Of a stretch of 64,000 nucleotides of DNA, positions 47,171 through 57,672 are shown piece after piece. Origin of the DNA: Algoriphagus sp. (GTDB lineage: Bacteria; Bacteroidota; Bacteroidia; Cytophagales; Cyclobacteriaceae). The translations under genes were made by a program, and so were the position numbers. The notes below the pieces were generated by a model. That model made no database searches. It was not told the DNA's origin and saw only the letters and a program-made list of their open reading frames with translations. Where the stretch lies: assembly GCF_024305035.1 (NCBI RefSeq), contig NZ_JAMWZB010000014.1, positions 22,057 through 86,056 on the forward strand, read 5' to 3'. Positions within the stretch are counted from its first letter, which is position 1; each line of letters opens with the position of its first letter.

Positions 47171-48397
47171 TTACACGAGTTGACCCAAAGCTATTTTAAA
47201 GGAGCTTTCGGCTAGTTTAATTTTACCTGGATTTTCTGCGAAGGTCCTTTTCAGAGCGCTTTTAATCGTTTCACTTACATCCTGAAAAATTGCTTCATCG
47301 GTGACCATCGCATGATCGCTCATCAGGTAGGCAAAGACCCGAGCCATCCCACAGTTGGCAATAAAGTCGGGGATTACTGAAACCTGTTGATCAGCCCATA
47401 CTCCGATTGGTCCAAAGAAAATCTCCGGATCAGCAAATGGCACATTAGCTCCGCAGGAAATTACCTCTAGGCCGGCATTGACCATTCGCTCAGCTTGTTC
47501 TCGGGTAACCAATCGTGAAGCTGCGGCAGGGATAAAAATTTCAGACTCCAAATCCCAGATTTGTGCATTGATTTGATCAAAAGGAATCAAATCATCAGCT
47601 ACAAGTTGATTGCCATTCCGATGCACAAAAAGCTCCCGAACCTCATCCAAGGAAAACCCTTCCTGTTTGATCAAACCGCCTTCGCGATCGATTATACCCA
47701 CGATTTTTACTCCTTCCACTGCCAAAAAACAGGCCGCCGCGGCACCTACATTTCCCCAGCCCTGGATGACCGCACGTTTTCCTTCCAGTTTTCCTCCCCA
47801 GATTTGATAATAATGACGGACCGCTTCGGCGACTCCGAAACCGGTAATCATATCTGCTACAGTATATTTTTGGGGGCCGTTTGGAGTGTATTTTGGATCT
47901 TCCAAAACTTTGGAAACGCCCTGTCTGAGTTGTCCTATTTTTCTGATTTTCTCAGGCTCAGAAGCATGAAAATGCCCATTGACAATCCCTTCCTGTGGAT
48001 GCCAGATTCCATAGGATTCGGTAATTGGAATCACCTCATGGATTTCATCTACATTGAGATCCCCACCAGTACCATAATAATTTTTTAAAAGAGGCGTCAC
48101 CGCTTTATACCACCTTTTCAGAACCTCTTTTTTCCGGGGGTCTTTCGGATCAAAATTTATCCCCGATTTGGCACCTCCTATAGCCGGACCCGACACGGTA
48201 AATTTGACCTCCATAGTTTTTGCAAGAGACTCCACCTCACGCTTATCCAGCCCTTTTCGCATTCGGGTGCCTCCACCTGCGGCGCCCCCACGAAGAGAGT
48301 TGATCACGACCCATCCTTCCGCCTCGGACTCAGAATCGGACCATTCAAAAATGATTTCAGGTTGTTTGTTTTCAAATTTCTTTAATAATTCTTGCAT
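47171..48397 (-). CDS. Glu/Leu/Phe/Val dehydrogenase family protein
   Basis: GGGTRM, GGAKSG, TGFGV, QGWGNVG, CGAN, PDFIANCG. Confidence 0.9.
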   Translation of the reverse strand: MQELLKKFENKQPEIIFEWSDSESEAEGWVVINSLRGGAAGGGTRMRKGLDKREVESLAKTMEVKFTVSGPAIGGAKSGINFDPKDPRKKEVLKRWYKAVTPLLKNYYGTGGDLNVDEIHEVIPITESYGIWHPQEGIVNGHFHASEPEKIRKIGQLRQGVSKVLEDPKYTPNGPQKYTVADMITGFGVAEAVRHYYQIWGGKLEGKRAVIQGWGNVGAAAACFLAVEGVKIVGIIDREGGLIKQEGFSLDEVRELFVHRNGNQLVADDLIPFDQINAQIWDLESEIFIPAAASRLVTREQAERMVNAGLEVISCGANVPFADPEIFFGPIGVWADQQVSVIPDFIANCGMARVFAYLMSDHAMVTDEAIFQDVSETIKSALKRTFAENPGKIKLAESSFKIALGQLV

Positions 48398-48470
48398 CTC
48401 GTATTTGGGTTTATATGCTGCGCAAAAATAGAAAAATATCCAGCCTTAACTAGTATGATTTTTTGGAAGA

Positions 48471-49544
48471 TCAGCTATACCATACCCCTCCACAAGAATC
48501 TTCCGAGGCTCCAGTGACCGAGGCCAGGCAATTGATTTCATTTCGGATTCGTAGGGCTCCCAAAAAACCAAAAACCAATGCTTCTTTAAACTCAATCAAC
48601 TCTTTGCTGGCAGGATGGTGGATCCATTTCCCATCCAAGTGCGCATCCAGTCGCTCTAGAAAAAATAAATTATATGCTCCTCCGCCGGTAATCAGCACCC
48701 TTGGCCTTTCTACCACCTTATACCGATGAATGATATCTGAAATTTGGAGGGCATAATGCTCCACCAAAGAGGCGAGTTTGTCCTGTGGGGAAATCTCAAA
48801 TTTTTTGATCAGAGGTAAAAAATCCCGCTCCATATCTTCCCTTCCTAGAGATTTAGCTTCCGTAAGCTGATAAAAAGGAACCTGATTGAGTTGACCGAGA
48901 AGTTCAGCATTTACCTTACCGGATCGGGCCCAGTTTCCCCTGTCATCGTAGGAGGCTCCCAATTCTTCGGCTAGGGAATTAAGCAATAAATTAAAAGGGG
49001 AACAGTCAAAGGCCACTCTTTGTCCTTCATGCTCCATGCTGATATTTGCTATCCCTCCTAGGTTAATACAAAAATCACTATCGGAAAAGAGTAGGCGATC
49101 TCCAATGGGCACAAGCGGTGCTCCCTGCCCTCCCCGTTGGATATCGAGCATACGAAAATCATTGATTACAGGGAGATTTGACGTTGTCCGCAAGGCCCAG
49201 CCGTTACCAATCTGCAAGCTTAGCCCCTTAGAAGGTTGGTGGAATACGGTATGCCCATGCGAGGCGACAGCAAGCGGACGGATTTGATTTTTCTGACAGA
49301 ATAACCTGACCTGCTGACCCATCCATTGGCCAAAGTCCACATCCAGCAAATTCAAATCCAAGGAAGAAAGGCGATGACTATTTGGTAATTTTCCTTTTAA
49401 ATACTCTGGAAAAGGAATCGTTAAAGCCTTGATGATTTCATAGCTCCAGCTTTGGTCCAGGGTATATTGACAATAGGCAAGATCCAATCCATCACCGGAA
49501 GTACCGGACATCAGTCCAATCATGGGATAAACAGCCGTGCTCAT
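48471..49544 (-). CDS. anmK: Anhydro-N-acetylmuramic acid kinase
   Basis: GLMSGTSGDG, SHGHTVFH, GGQGAPLVP, NLGGIAN, TGGGAYN, KEA..F. Confidence 0.93.
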   Translation of the reverse strand: MSTAVYPMIGLMSGTSGDGLDLAYCQYTLDQSWSYEIIKALTIPFPEYLKGKLPNSHRLSSLDLNLLDVDFGQWMGQQVRLFCQKNQIRPLAVASHGHTVFHQPSKGLSLQIGNGWALRTTSNLPVINDFRMLDIQRGGQGAPLVPIGDRLLFSDSDFCINLGGIANISMEHEGQRVAFDCSPFNLLLNSLAEELGASYDDRGNWARSGKVNAELLGQLNQVPFYQLTEAKSLGREDMERDFLPLIKKFEISPQDKLASLVEHYALQISDIIHRYKVVERPRVLITGGGAYNLFFLERLDAHLDGKWIHHPASKELIEFKEALVFGFLGALRIRNEINCLASVTGASEDSCGGVWYS

Positions 49545-49644
49545 GGGTTAATGTTTGTTAAGTAAAGGCGATATAAAGATAATTTTAGACGGGATAAAAA
49601 GCCTGCTTTTTCGAATTACTTAATTTGCAGGGATTATTTGTCAG

Positions 49645-50361
49645 ATGCCAAACCTAATTATTGATATTGGAAATACACGAATCAAATCAGCTATCTTTGA
49701 GGGCTCGATTTTGATCCAGGAGTGGGTTCATCAAGAACTCGCTGAGGCGCAGGTGGATTGGAAAAAGCAGGCTTTCCATCAATCCATCATTTCCTCGGTG
49801 AGATGGACAATGGAAGAACTTTCCAAAATCCTCAATTTCGAATTTCTATTTCTCAATCATCAGACTGAACTCCCCATTCAAAATGATTATACCACCCCCC
49901 AAAGCTTAGGTCTTGATCGAATTGCAGCGGCTGTGGGTGCTTGGCAAATGGCAGGCAAACAAGAAGTGCTTGCCATAGACCTCGGCAGCTGCATGACCGT
50001 GGAGTTTGTGGATGATCAGCACCGGTATAAAGGAGGGGTGATCAGTCCCGGGTTGAAAATGAGAGCTCGGGCCATGCATGAATTCACCGCTAAACTACCC
50101 TTGATCTCGCTGGAAAATCCTTCTAAGGAAATATTGGGAAATTCGACGATTACCTGTATGGAGTCGGGAGTTTGGTTTGGAATCCAGTTTGAAATAATGG
50201 GTCAAATCAGGCATTATCAAAAAAAATATCCAAAAATTAAGGTCTTTGTTTGTGGCGGAGACGCACAATCTTTTGATTCATTGGCAAAAGACCACATATT
50301 TGTAGTCCCAAATTTAGTCCTTCACGGATTGAATTGCATTCTAAACCACAATGTTGAGTAA
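49645..50361 (+). CDS. coaX: Type III pantothenate kinase
   Basis: IDIGNTRIK, LGLDRIAA, IDLGS, GGVISPG, GGDA. Confidence 0.95.
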   Translation: MPNLIIDIGNTRIKSAIFEGSILIQEWVHQELAEAQVDWKKQAFHQSIISSVRWTMEELSKILNFEFLFLNHQTELPIQNDYTTPQSLGLDRIAAAVGAWQMAGKQEVLAIDLGSCMTVEFVDDQHRYKGGVISPGLKMRARAMHEFTAKLPLISLENPSKEILGNSTITCMESGVWFGIQFEIMGQIRHYQKKYPKIKVFVCGGDAQSFDSLAKDHIFVVPNLVLHGLNCILNHNVE

Positions 50362-51634
50362 ATTCAAATGGCAGTTATTGGGTGTTTGCTGCACCCTTTT
50401 CTTATTTTCTGAAGCAAAGGCACAGTTAAGTGCCTCGACCTATTCCGCTCTCGGGGTAGGGGAGTTCAATTATTCCGGTTTGACCCAAAATCAGGCGATG
50501 GGCGGTTTAGGGATCAGTTTCGGCACAGGTTGGAGCGCCAATGTGGTCAACCCAGCCTTACAAACCAGAAACACCATTTTTAATTTTCAAACGGCCCTCA
50601 ACTACAAGCGCATCAATGCTTCTAATGGAGATCAGACATCCGAAGTAGATGGAGGAGGTTTATCCTATATCGCACTTTCTCTTCCCTTTAAACCAGGGAA
50701 ATTCACAGCAGGACTTGGCTTAAATCAAATTTCCTCAGTCAATTATGATTTGCAGATCTCAAGTTTGGTCAACAATGAAGAATTTAATGCCATCAATGAC
50801 ATTACCGGAGACGGAGGGATATCCGAGGCTTACTTCAGTTCAGGATTTCTTTTAGCCAAAAATCTGAGCCTAGGAGTGCATGCTTCCTACCTATTTGGAT
50901 CGACAATCCGGACCAATCAGCTTTCGATTTTCAATGAAAATGGTGCGCAAGTCGGAGCCACTTCAGAATATTATGAAAGATTAACAGTTAGCGATCTGGC
51001 TTATAAATTCGGTGCTCATTACAACTTTGAAGTGGGGAACGAAAACAAGTTCCATCTGGGTGCCATTTATCAGCACTTTGGGGATGTTAATGGAAAAGCC
51101 TTTGCCAAACTCGCTGCAATTGGCCAAGCTAGCGACCCCGATTCGGATGGGGACCTCATCGCCAACGACGAAAAGGGAAGTATCTATATTCCAGATCGTT
51201 ATGGATTTGGGATTAGTTATGAAAAAGCCAACAAATATGTTGTAGGCTTAGAGGGTCAGTATCAGGATTTTGGAGACTTTCGGGATTTTTTAGGAGATCC
51301 CTTAAGACTAAACGAAACCGTAAAAATAGGCTTGGGATTTCAGATTGTACCGGATTATTTGTCAGTAGACAGTAACTTCAAGCGGGCGACTTATCGCTTC
51401 GGATTGGAGTTTATTAAGACTCCGTACTACCTTAACCAAACCAATATCAATGACCTTGGCATTAACTTTGGAACTTCGATTCCTGTGAATCAATTATCAT
51501 TAATGAATTTAGCCGTGAAAGTGGGACAACGTGGAACCACCTCTGCTGGACTCATCCGCGAAAATTACGTGAACTTCACCTTTGGATTTTCGCTTAATGA
51601 TAACAGTTGGTTCTACAAACGAGTATTTCAATAA
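50351..51634 (+). CDS. Outer-membrane beta-barrel protein (FadL/PorV-like)
   Basis: Signal peptide, STYSALGVG, NQAMGG..NPA motif, alternating beta strands. Confidence 0.7.
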   Translation: MLSKFKWQLLGVCCTLFLFSEAKAQLSASTYSALGVGEFNYSGLTQNQAMGGLGISFGTGWSANVVNPALQTRNTIFNFQTALNYKRINASNGDQTSEVDGGGLSYIALSLPFKPGKFTAGLGLNQISSVNYDLQISSLVNNEEFNAINDITGDGGISEAYFSSGFLLAKNLSLGVHASYLFGSTIRTNQLSIFNENGAQVGATSEYYERLTVSDLAYKFGAHYNFEVGNENKFHLGAIYQHFGDVNGKAFAKLAAIGQASDPDSDGDLIANDEKGSIYIPDRYGFGISYEKANKYVVGLEGQYQDFGDFRDFLGDPLRLNETVKIGLGFQIVPDYLSVDSNFKRATYRFGLEFIKTPYYLNQTNINDLGINFGTSIPVNQLSLMNLAVKVGQRGTTSAGLIRENYVNFTFGFSLNDNSWFYKRVFQ

Positions 51635-51705
51635 GAAAATCTGAAGCAGCATGAGTCGCTGAATGAAAGAGAAGAGCAATTAAACCGAATTAAACAGTCA
51701 AAACC

Positions 51706-53010
51706 ATGAAAATTAAATCAACCCTTCTGGGGCTTTCTGCCTTGCTTCTCGCCGGAATGGTTCAGGCACAGGATGGATGGAACTGGCCTGCTGACCAAGC
51801 CCAAGAGGCGAAAGCCCGTGAGTACAATGCCGCATATACTGATTATATGAAGGCGGATCAATTCATTGAAGCTACCAAGCCGTTACACTGGCTCTTAGTC
51901 AATGTACCCGAGCTCAATGAGTCCATTTACCAAAACGGTGTAACCGTTTACAAAGGGGCTGCAGACGCTACCACAGATGAAGCACAAAAAAGAATTTATC
52001 AAGATTCAGTTTTGGCGATCTATGATAAACGAGAAGAAATTTACAACAATGCAGAAAGGTGGATAGAAAATAAAGCCTACTATAATTATGGCTTCTTTAA
52101 AGGAACTAAAGAAAAATTAGCCGGGGTTGTTGCTGATTTCGAGCGAGCATTGGAAATAAATGGTGGTCTTTCCTTAACGGATCTATATGCGGCCTATTTT
52201 GATGCAGTTTACAGACACAATGCCTACAACAAAGTATATGAGCCAGAAGAAGTACTCGCCATTTATGACAAGATCCAAAAGTATCTTGAAACTGCCGAGG
52301 CTGAAGGAAAAGATGTTTCCAGTGCTAAGAGCACGACAGAAACCATCTTGGTAGCTATGGAGCTCATCGATTGCGATTTCATCGAAAATACCTTAGGGCC
52401 TAAATTGATGGCAGACCCTACCAACGAAGCTTTGGCTCAACAGATATTTAAATACTCTGTGCAGTATAAATGTTATTCTTCTGAGGCTTTCTTGTCTGCC
52501 CTAGAATTAATTGACTCAAATAATCCTACCTTCTCCACCTCTCAGGTGAGAGCGATGCGATACATGCAAAATAAAGAGTATGAAAAAGCACAGCCCGTGT
52601 TGGAAAAAGCTTTGGATCTTGCCGAAAACAATACCCAAAAAGGTGAAATCTACATGGAGCTTGCCAAAGTTCACGCAAATTTAGGCCGCAAATCAGACGC
52701 TCGAAATGCTGCAAAACAAGCAGCAAGTATTGACGAGTCACTTACTCAGGATGCCTATTCTATGATCGGAGGACTCTATATGAATTCCTTCAATGATTGT
52801 AGAGGTGGACAGTCTCGAGTCAAAGATAGAGCCATTTATATGGCCGCTTACAATGCCTACCAACGAGCAGGTGATTCTAAGGGAATGGCTTCTGCTAGAG
52901 CTCAATTCCCTTCCAGAGAAGAGGTATTCACAGAAGGTTTGGAAGTGGGCGCAACTGTCAGTACTGGATGCTGGATCGGGGAGAGCGTATCCATCGCTAC
53001 CAGAGATTAA
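51706..53010 (+). CDS. Exported TPR-like protein
   Basis: Signal peptide, helical repeats, C-terminal FP..EE.F...GCWI motif. Confidence 0.8.
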   Translation: MKIKSTLLGLSALLLAGMVQAQDGWNWPADQAQEAKAREYNAAYTDYMKADQFIEATKPLHWLLVNVPELNESIYQNGVTVYKGAADATTDEAQKRIYQDSVLAIYDKREEIYNNAERWIENKAYYNYGFFKGTKEKLAGVVADFERALEINGGLSLTDLYAAYFDAVYRHNAYNKVYEPEEVLAIYDKIQKYLETAEAEGKDVSSAKSTTETILVAMELIDCDFIENTLGPKLMADPTNEALAQQIFKYSVQYKCYSSEAFLSALELIDSNNPTFSTSQVRAMRYMQNKEYEKAQPVLEKALDLAENNTQKGEIYMELAKVHANLGRKSDARNAAKQAASIDESLTQDAYSMIGGLYMNSFNDCRGGQSRVKDRAIYMAAYNAYQRAGDSKGMASARAQFPSREEVFTEGLEVGATVSTGCWIGESVSIATRD

Positions 53011-53032
53011 TCCCATTCATTCTTAACTCAGT

Positions 53033-53061
53033 AAAGGCGGTCTTCGGGCTGCCTTTTTTTT
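53033..53061 (+). terminator. Intrinsic terminator
   Basis: AAAGGCGGTC-TTCG-GGCTGCCTTT plus T-run. Confidence 0.85.
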
Positions 53062-53088
53062 ATGATAAGATCAACTTTCTTTTCTTCT

Positions 53089-53096
53089 TATATTTG
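53089..53096 (+). promoter_or_regulatory. -7 box (TATATTTG) for lptC
   Basis: Exact TAnnTTTG 5 bp upstream of ATG 53101; near-leaderless. Confidence 0.55.
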
Positions 53097-53100
53097 CAAA

Positions 53101-53640
53101 ATGAAGAGGCTATTTCTTCTTGGTTATTTTGCGACTTTGGTGTTCTCCTCCTGCCGGGAAGACGTGGATGCCAATGCCCTTCAAGTGTACGAAGGGCCGG
53201 TAAATATCGGCATCAATATTCATGTTATTCATTCTGACTCTGCGATCGTCAGATCCGAAATCCGAGCCCCAAGACAACTCGAATTTTTAACCGGAAATAT
53301 GGAGTTTCCCGATGGAATAGAAATTGAATTTTTTAATGTGGATGGAACTCTGGGCACCACATTAAAGGCCGATAGGGGATATTTTGACAAAGAAAAAAAC
53401 CTTTATCGTGGAGAAGGAAATGTTCAAGTAGACAATGAAGAAGAAAATCAGCACCTCCAGAGTGAGGAGTTATTTTGGGATCCAACCAAAAAATTGATCT
53501 ATACGGATGCTTTTGTGACTATCCGGGACAATGAACTATTGCTAAACGGTACTGGGATGGTCGCTGATGAAAGTTTTACCAATTATTCGATGAAGAACAT
53601 CAGGGACAGCAGGACCATCCTACCGGGAGAAGAGCTATGA
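53101..53640 (+). CDS. lptC: LPS export ABC transporter periplasmic protein LptC
   Basis: Lipobox FSSC, FPDGIEIEF, LKADRG, LQSEELFWD beta-jellyroll pattern. Confidence 0.85.
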   Translation: MKRLFLLGYFATLVFSSCREDVDANALQVYEGPVNIGINIHVIHSDSAIVRSEIRAPRQLEFLTGNMEFPDGIEIEFFNVDGTLGTTLKADRGYFDKEKNLYRGEGNVQVDNEEENQHLQSEELFWDPTKKLIYTDAFVTIRDNELLLNGTGMVADESFTNYSMKNIRDSRTILPGEEL

Positions 53641-53849
53641 AACTCGCAGACGCATTGATATTATCCTTGGCTCTGGCACTGATCATTATCGGTATCCACC
53701 AGACGCTTACTGCTGGAATTGGATTTTCCTATTCCATCTTTATGTTTGCGGTTGCCTTACTTTTCTGGTTTCAATACCGGCGAGTAAAAAACCCCGAACC
53801 CCCTTCCAACGAAGAAAAATCAACCCAAAAGAAGAGGAAAAAACGCTGA
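53637..53849 (+). CDS. Small 2-TM membrane protein
   Basis: Two TM helices, basic tail, 4-bp overlap with lptC. Confidence 0.7.
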   Translation: MKLADALILSLALALIIIGIHQTLTAGIGFSYSIFMFAVALLFWFQYRRVKNPEPPSNEEKSTQKKRKKR

Positions 53850-53851
53850 CT

Positions 53852-55132
53852 ATGGAAACAACCTATTTGATCTATGTGATCATTACCCTGCTCTTTTCTG
53901 CCTTCTTTTCGGGAATAGAGATTGCGTATATTTCCTCCAATAAACTTCAAATCGAACTTCAGAGCAAACAAGGTCTGTTCAGCGGAAAAATCCTCAGCGG
54001 TTTTGTTCAGCGCCCCAGTCAGTTTATCGGGACTACATTGATGGGAAATACCATCTCCTTAGTTCTTTATGGTATTTTTATGGCCTTTTTGCTTGAAACC
54101 CCGCTACAAAATTGGCTTCCAGATAGCCTGAGTAATGCAGCTGTCATTTTAATTTTGCAGACCTTCATCTCCACAATCATTGTCCTGATTACCGCAGAAT
54201 TTGTTCCCAAAAGCCTTTTTATGCTCAACCCCAATTCGATGTTGAGCTTTTTTGCAGTGCCATTTTTAACAATTTATTACCTGATGTATCCCATTGTATG
54301 GGCGGTCGTGGGACTATCCCGGTTTTTTATAACGGTGGTTCTTCGCCTGGAGTACAACGAGGATAAACCCGTCTTTACCGTGACTGATTTAAACAGTTTC
54401 ATTCAAAACCACATGAATCAAGCACGATCAGAAGGCAAGGCGGAAATTGATACCAAAATTTTTGACAATGCAGTGGAGTTTAAAACGGTACGAGTACGGG
54501 AATGTATGATTCCAAGAACAGATATCGTGGCTGTTGAAATAGAAGACAGCATCGAAGAACTCAAGGAAGTCTTTGCCGAAAGCGGCCATTCCAAAATCAT
54601 CGTGTACCGGGAAACCATTGACGATGTGATCGGATATTGCCATCAACTCGAGCTGTTCAAAAAACCAAAAACGATCGAAGAAATTTTGACTCCTATCATC
54701 ATTGCTCCCGAGTCGGCACTTGCCAATGAGCTCTTGATTCAATTTATCCAGGAACGAAAAAGCTTAGCTTTGGTCGTCGATGAATTTGGTGGAACAAGCG
54801 GAATTGTCTCCATGGAAGACATCATTGAGGAGATCTTTGGAGAAATCGAAGATGAGTATGACAATGACGATCTGATTGAGCAAAAAATCGGTGAAGAGGA
54901 ATATTTGCTCAGTGCCCGACATGAAATCGATTATTTAAATGATAAATATGAATGGAATTTACCAATTGGAGATTTTGAAACGCTTTCAGGATTAATCTTA
55001 AATTATACCGAGAATTTGCCCAAAAAGGGGGAGTCAGTAACAATAGGGCCCTATACTTTTACAGTAGTGGCCAAACAAGAGCACAGAATTGATTCAGTCA
55101 GACTCAAAATCAACCTTAACAGTGACTTTTAG
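53852..55132 (+). CDS. Hemolysin-family (CNNM/CorC) protein
   Basis: SAFFSGIEIA, TAEFVPK, CBS pair (SGHS, VVDEFGGTSG), CorC_HlyC domain. Confidence 0.92.
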   Translation: METTYLIYVIITLLFSAFFSGIEIAYISSNKLQIELQSKQGLFSGKILSGFVQRPSQFIGTTLMGNTISLVLYGIFMAFLLETPLQNWLPDSLSNAAVILILQTFISTIIVLITAEFVPKSLFMLNPNSMLSFFAVPFLTIYYLMYPIVWAVVGLSRFFITVVLRLEYNEDKPVFTVTDLNSFIQNHMNQARSEGKAEIDTKIFDNAVEFKTVRVRECMIPRTDIVAVEIEDSIEELKEVFAESGHSKIIVYRETIDDVIGYCHQLELFKKPKTIEEILTPIIIAPESALANELLIQFIQERKSLALVVDEFGGTSGIVSMEDIIEEIFGEIEDEYDNDDLIEQKIGEEEYLLSARHEIDYLNDKYEWNLPIGDFETLSGLILNYTENLPKKGESVTIGPYTFTVVAKQEHRIDSVRLKINLNSDF

Positions 55133-55216
55133 GTAAGGGTTTGATTCAGAATATATTTTGAATTTCGTTACTAATGCTATTATTTTGCGACACTTCTAAA
55201 AAGCGTAGTAACAATA

Positions 55217-57325
55217 ATGGCGTTAATTAAACAAATAAGACAGCGAACAGGTCTCGCAATCGGTGTGATTGCCGGCGGGTTGATTTTATTCCTTTTGGGA
55301 GGTGATCTCCTTAGTCCCAACTCCCAACTGCTTGGCGGAAGCCAAAATATCGTAGGAGAAATAGCTGGGGAGGATATCACCTACGAAGAATATGTGGCTA
55401 AAATCGAGGAATTCAGAGTTGCTTATCAGCAACGAACAGGCAGAGCACCAGCCGAAGTCGAAATGGTCTCGGTACGGGAGCAGGCTTGGCAAGCTATGAT
55501 CGTAGAAAAAGTTTTCCAAGAAGAATACGAAGAGCTGGGCTTGACCATTTCTCCTGCCGAATTGGTAGATATGGTACAAGGTAAAAACATCGTACCTGAA
55601 CTTCGCCAGCAACTGGTCAATCCTCAAACTGGGGAATTTGATAAATCCCAACTGATTTCGTTTTTACAGTCTTTAGAAACTGCCGATCCGGCACAGCAAG
55701 CATTTTGGGCTCAGCAAGAGCAACTTTTTGCCGATTCCAGACTTCGCGTAAAATATGACAATCTAGTGGCCACTTCAGAATATGCCTCCACAGCAGAAGC
55801 TAAAATGGCCTACAAAGCTGCTAATTCTACAGCTGAGGTTTCGGTACTTCATATTCCCTATAGCGCTGTTGCACCTTCAGAAGTCGAGGTGACCGATGCC
55901 GAACTTGAAGAATACCTGAGAAAAAACAAGGAAAAATTTGAAAGAGGGGCATTTGCGAGCATTGAATATGTAAACTTCAGTATTCTTCCTAGCCGGGAAG
56001 ATTCCGCGGAGGTGATTACTACCATTCAGCAATTGACAGAGGAATTGAGAAGCAGCACAGAAGACTCTGCTTTTGTAAGTCGAAATTCAGAAGTCCGCCC
56101 TGCATTTTTGACCATTGGTCCAGGGGAAGAGCTTCCTGCTGATCTAACCAACAATGTCGATGAAATCGTAGAGGGTGAAACTTATGGCCCTTTTGTGACG
56201 GCGAATTCCTCTTATGCATCGTATAAAATCACGGATCAATACGAAGGAACGCCTAGAATGCGGGCCTCGCATATCCTTTTTACTACAGAAGGAATGGACG
56301 ATGCTGCTAAAGCTGAGGTGCGTGCACAGGCCGAAGAAGTGCTTGCCGATCTCAAAAACGGTGGAAATTTTGCCCAAGCTGCAGCTCAATACGGCCAGGA
56401 TGGTACCTCACAACAAGGTGGAGATCTCGGATGGTATGCTCAGGAAGAATTCGTAGAGGAATTTGCTGATGCCACATTCGCTCGAAACAGTACCGGGCTT
56501 CTTCCCAATCTGGTGGAAACCGAATACGGGTATCACATCATCGAAGTCACTGAACTTCCTCAGACTGCCTACACCAAAGTAGCGGTACTTCAGCTAGAAT
56601 TGATTGCTTCTGATGCTACTCGAAATGAGGCCTTCAGAAATGCAGATACCTTTGCTGCCGAATCAGGAAACAGAAATGAATTCACCGAAAACGCGCAGGA
56701 AGGTAATTATAGAATTCTTCAAGCCAACGAGGTACAGCCCTCAGCTAGAAACATCAACAACCTGAGCAATGCTCGGGAAGTGGTTCGATGGGCATTCTCT
56801 GAAGCCTCTCAAGGAGAAGTTTCTCCGGTATTTGAATTGGATAATTCATACGTAGTTGCTTCTCTAGTTAGCAAAAAAGAAGAGGGTGAGGTGTCTTTGG
56901 AAGACGTCAGAGCACAAGTAGAGGAACAAGTTCGCAATGAAAAAAGAGCAAAAGTGATCATGGATGCAATTGCGGGCAAAACAACGCTTGAGGAAATGAA
57001 AGCAGTATATCCTGAGGTTGCCGCTATCAATGAAATCCCGGATTTAAAATTGAGTTCCTCTGTGCTTTCAGGAATTGGCTTTGCTCCCAAAGCGATCGGA
57101 GCAGTATTCGGAATGGAACAAGGTCAAATTTCGCAGCCTATCCAAGAGGATATCGGGATAATCGTAGCTAAGCTTAACACCCTTACTCCAGCAGGAGAAA
57201 TAGGTGATTATACTGCCTACCAGGCTCAACTTACCCAGGGAGCTGCACAGCGCACCTCCTATCAAGTGATGATGGCGCTTCAGGACTTGGCCGATGTAAA
57301 AGATTATCGATATAAATTCTTCTAA
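55217..57325 (+). CDS. SurA N-terminal domain / parvulin PPIase (PpiD-like)
   Basis: N-terminal TM, RASHIL, GGDLGW, ETEYGYHII. Confidence 0.9.
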   Translation: MALIKQIRQRTGLAIGVIAGGLILFLLGGDLLSPNSQLLGGSQNIVGEIAGEDITYEEYVAKIEEFRVAYQQRTGRAPAEVEMVSVREQAWQAMIVEKVFQEEYEELGLTISPAELVDMVQGKNIVPELRQQLVNPQTGEFDKSQLISFLQSLETADPAQQAFWAQQEQLFADSRLRVKYDNLVATSEYASTAEAKMAYKAANSTAEVSVLHIPYSAVAPSEVEVTDAELEEYLRKNKEKFERGAFASIEYVNFSILPSREDSAEVITTIQQLTEELRSSTEDSAFVSRNSEVRPAFLTIGPGEELPADLTNNVDEIVEGETYGPFVTANSSYASYKITDQYEGTPRMRASHILFTTEGMDDAAKAEVRAQAEEVLADLKNGGNFAQAAAQYGQDGTSQQGGDLGWYAQEEFVEEFADATFARNSTGLLPNLVETEYGYHIIEVTELPQTAYTKVAVLQLELIASDATRNEAFRNADTFAAESGNRNEFTENAQEGNYRILQANEVQPSARNINNLSNAREVVRWAFSEASQGEVSPVFELDNSYVVASLVSKKEEGEVSLEDVRAQVEEQVRNEKRAKVIMDAIAGKTTLEEMKAVYPEVAAINEIPDLKLSSSVLSGIGFAPKAIGAVFGMEQGQISQPIQEDIGIIVAKLNTLTPAGEIGDYTAYQAQLTQGAAQRTSYQVMMALQDLADVKDYRYKFF

Positions 57326-57334
57326 CAAAAATTG

Positions 57335-57368
57335 GAACCCATGCCCATCAGCATGGGTTCTTTGTTTG
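57335..57368 (+). terminator. Intrinsic terminator after the ppiD-like gene
   Basis: Perfect 10-bp stem GAACCCATGC / GCATGGGTTC then TTTGTTTG. Confidence 0.75.
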
Positions 57369-57392
57369 TATTCCATAAAGGAGGAAAAGAGA

Positions 57393-57659
57393 ATGCAACA
57401 AAAATTCAACAAAGAAACCTTTAAGGAGAAATTGGAAGCCAATGGGCAATTTCCAATGCTCTATATGTTTAAATTTATCGTTCCTAAGGGTAGGGAACAT
57501 GAGGTTGGGACCATTTTTCCCAAAAATGAAATCACGCTCAAACCTAGCTCCGGAGGCAAGTATATCAGCACCACTATACAAGTTATGGTCGAAAGTGCCG
57601 ATGAAGTCATCAACTACTACGAGCAAGCTTCCTCCATTGAAGGAGTGATCTCACTTTAA
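57393..57659 (+). CDS. DUF493 (YbeD-like) protein
   Basis: FP..YMFKFIVP, SSGGKYIS, IEGVISL; ATG 57393. Confidence 0.85.
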   Translation: MQQKFNKETFKEKLEANGQFPMLYMFKFIVPKGREHEVGTIFPKNEITLKPSSGGKYISTTIQVMVESADEVINYYEQASSIEGVISL

Positions 57660-57672
57660 AAACCAAATCATC

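Noticed and set aside
47561-48088. 175-aa plus-strand ORF
   Set aside because: Antisense shadow of the amino-acid dehydrogenase; such shadows are common.
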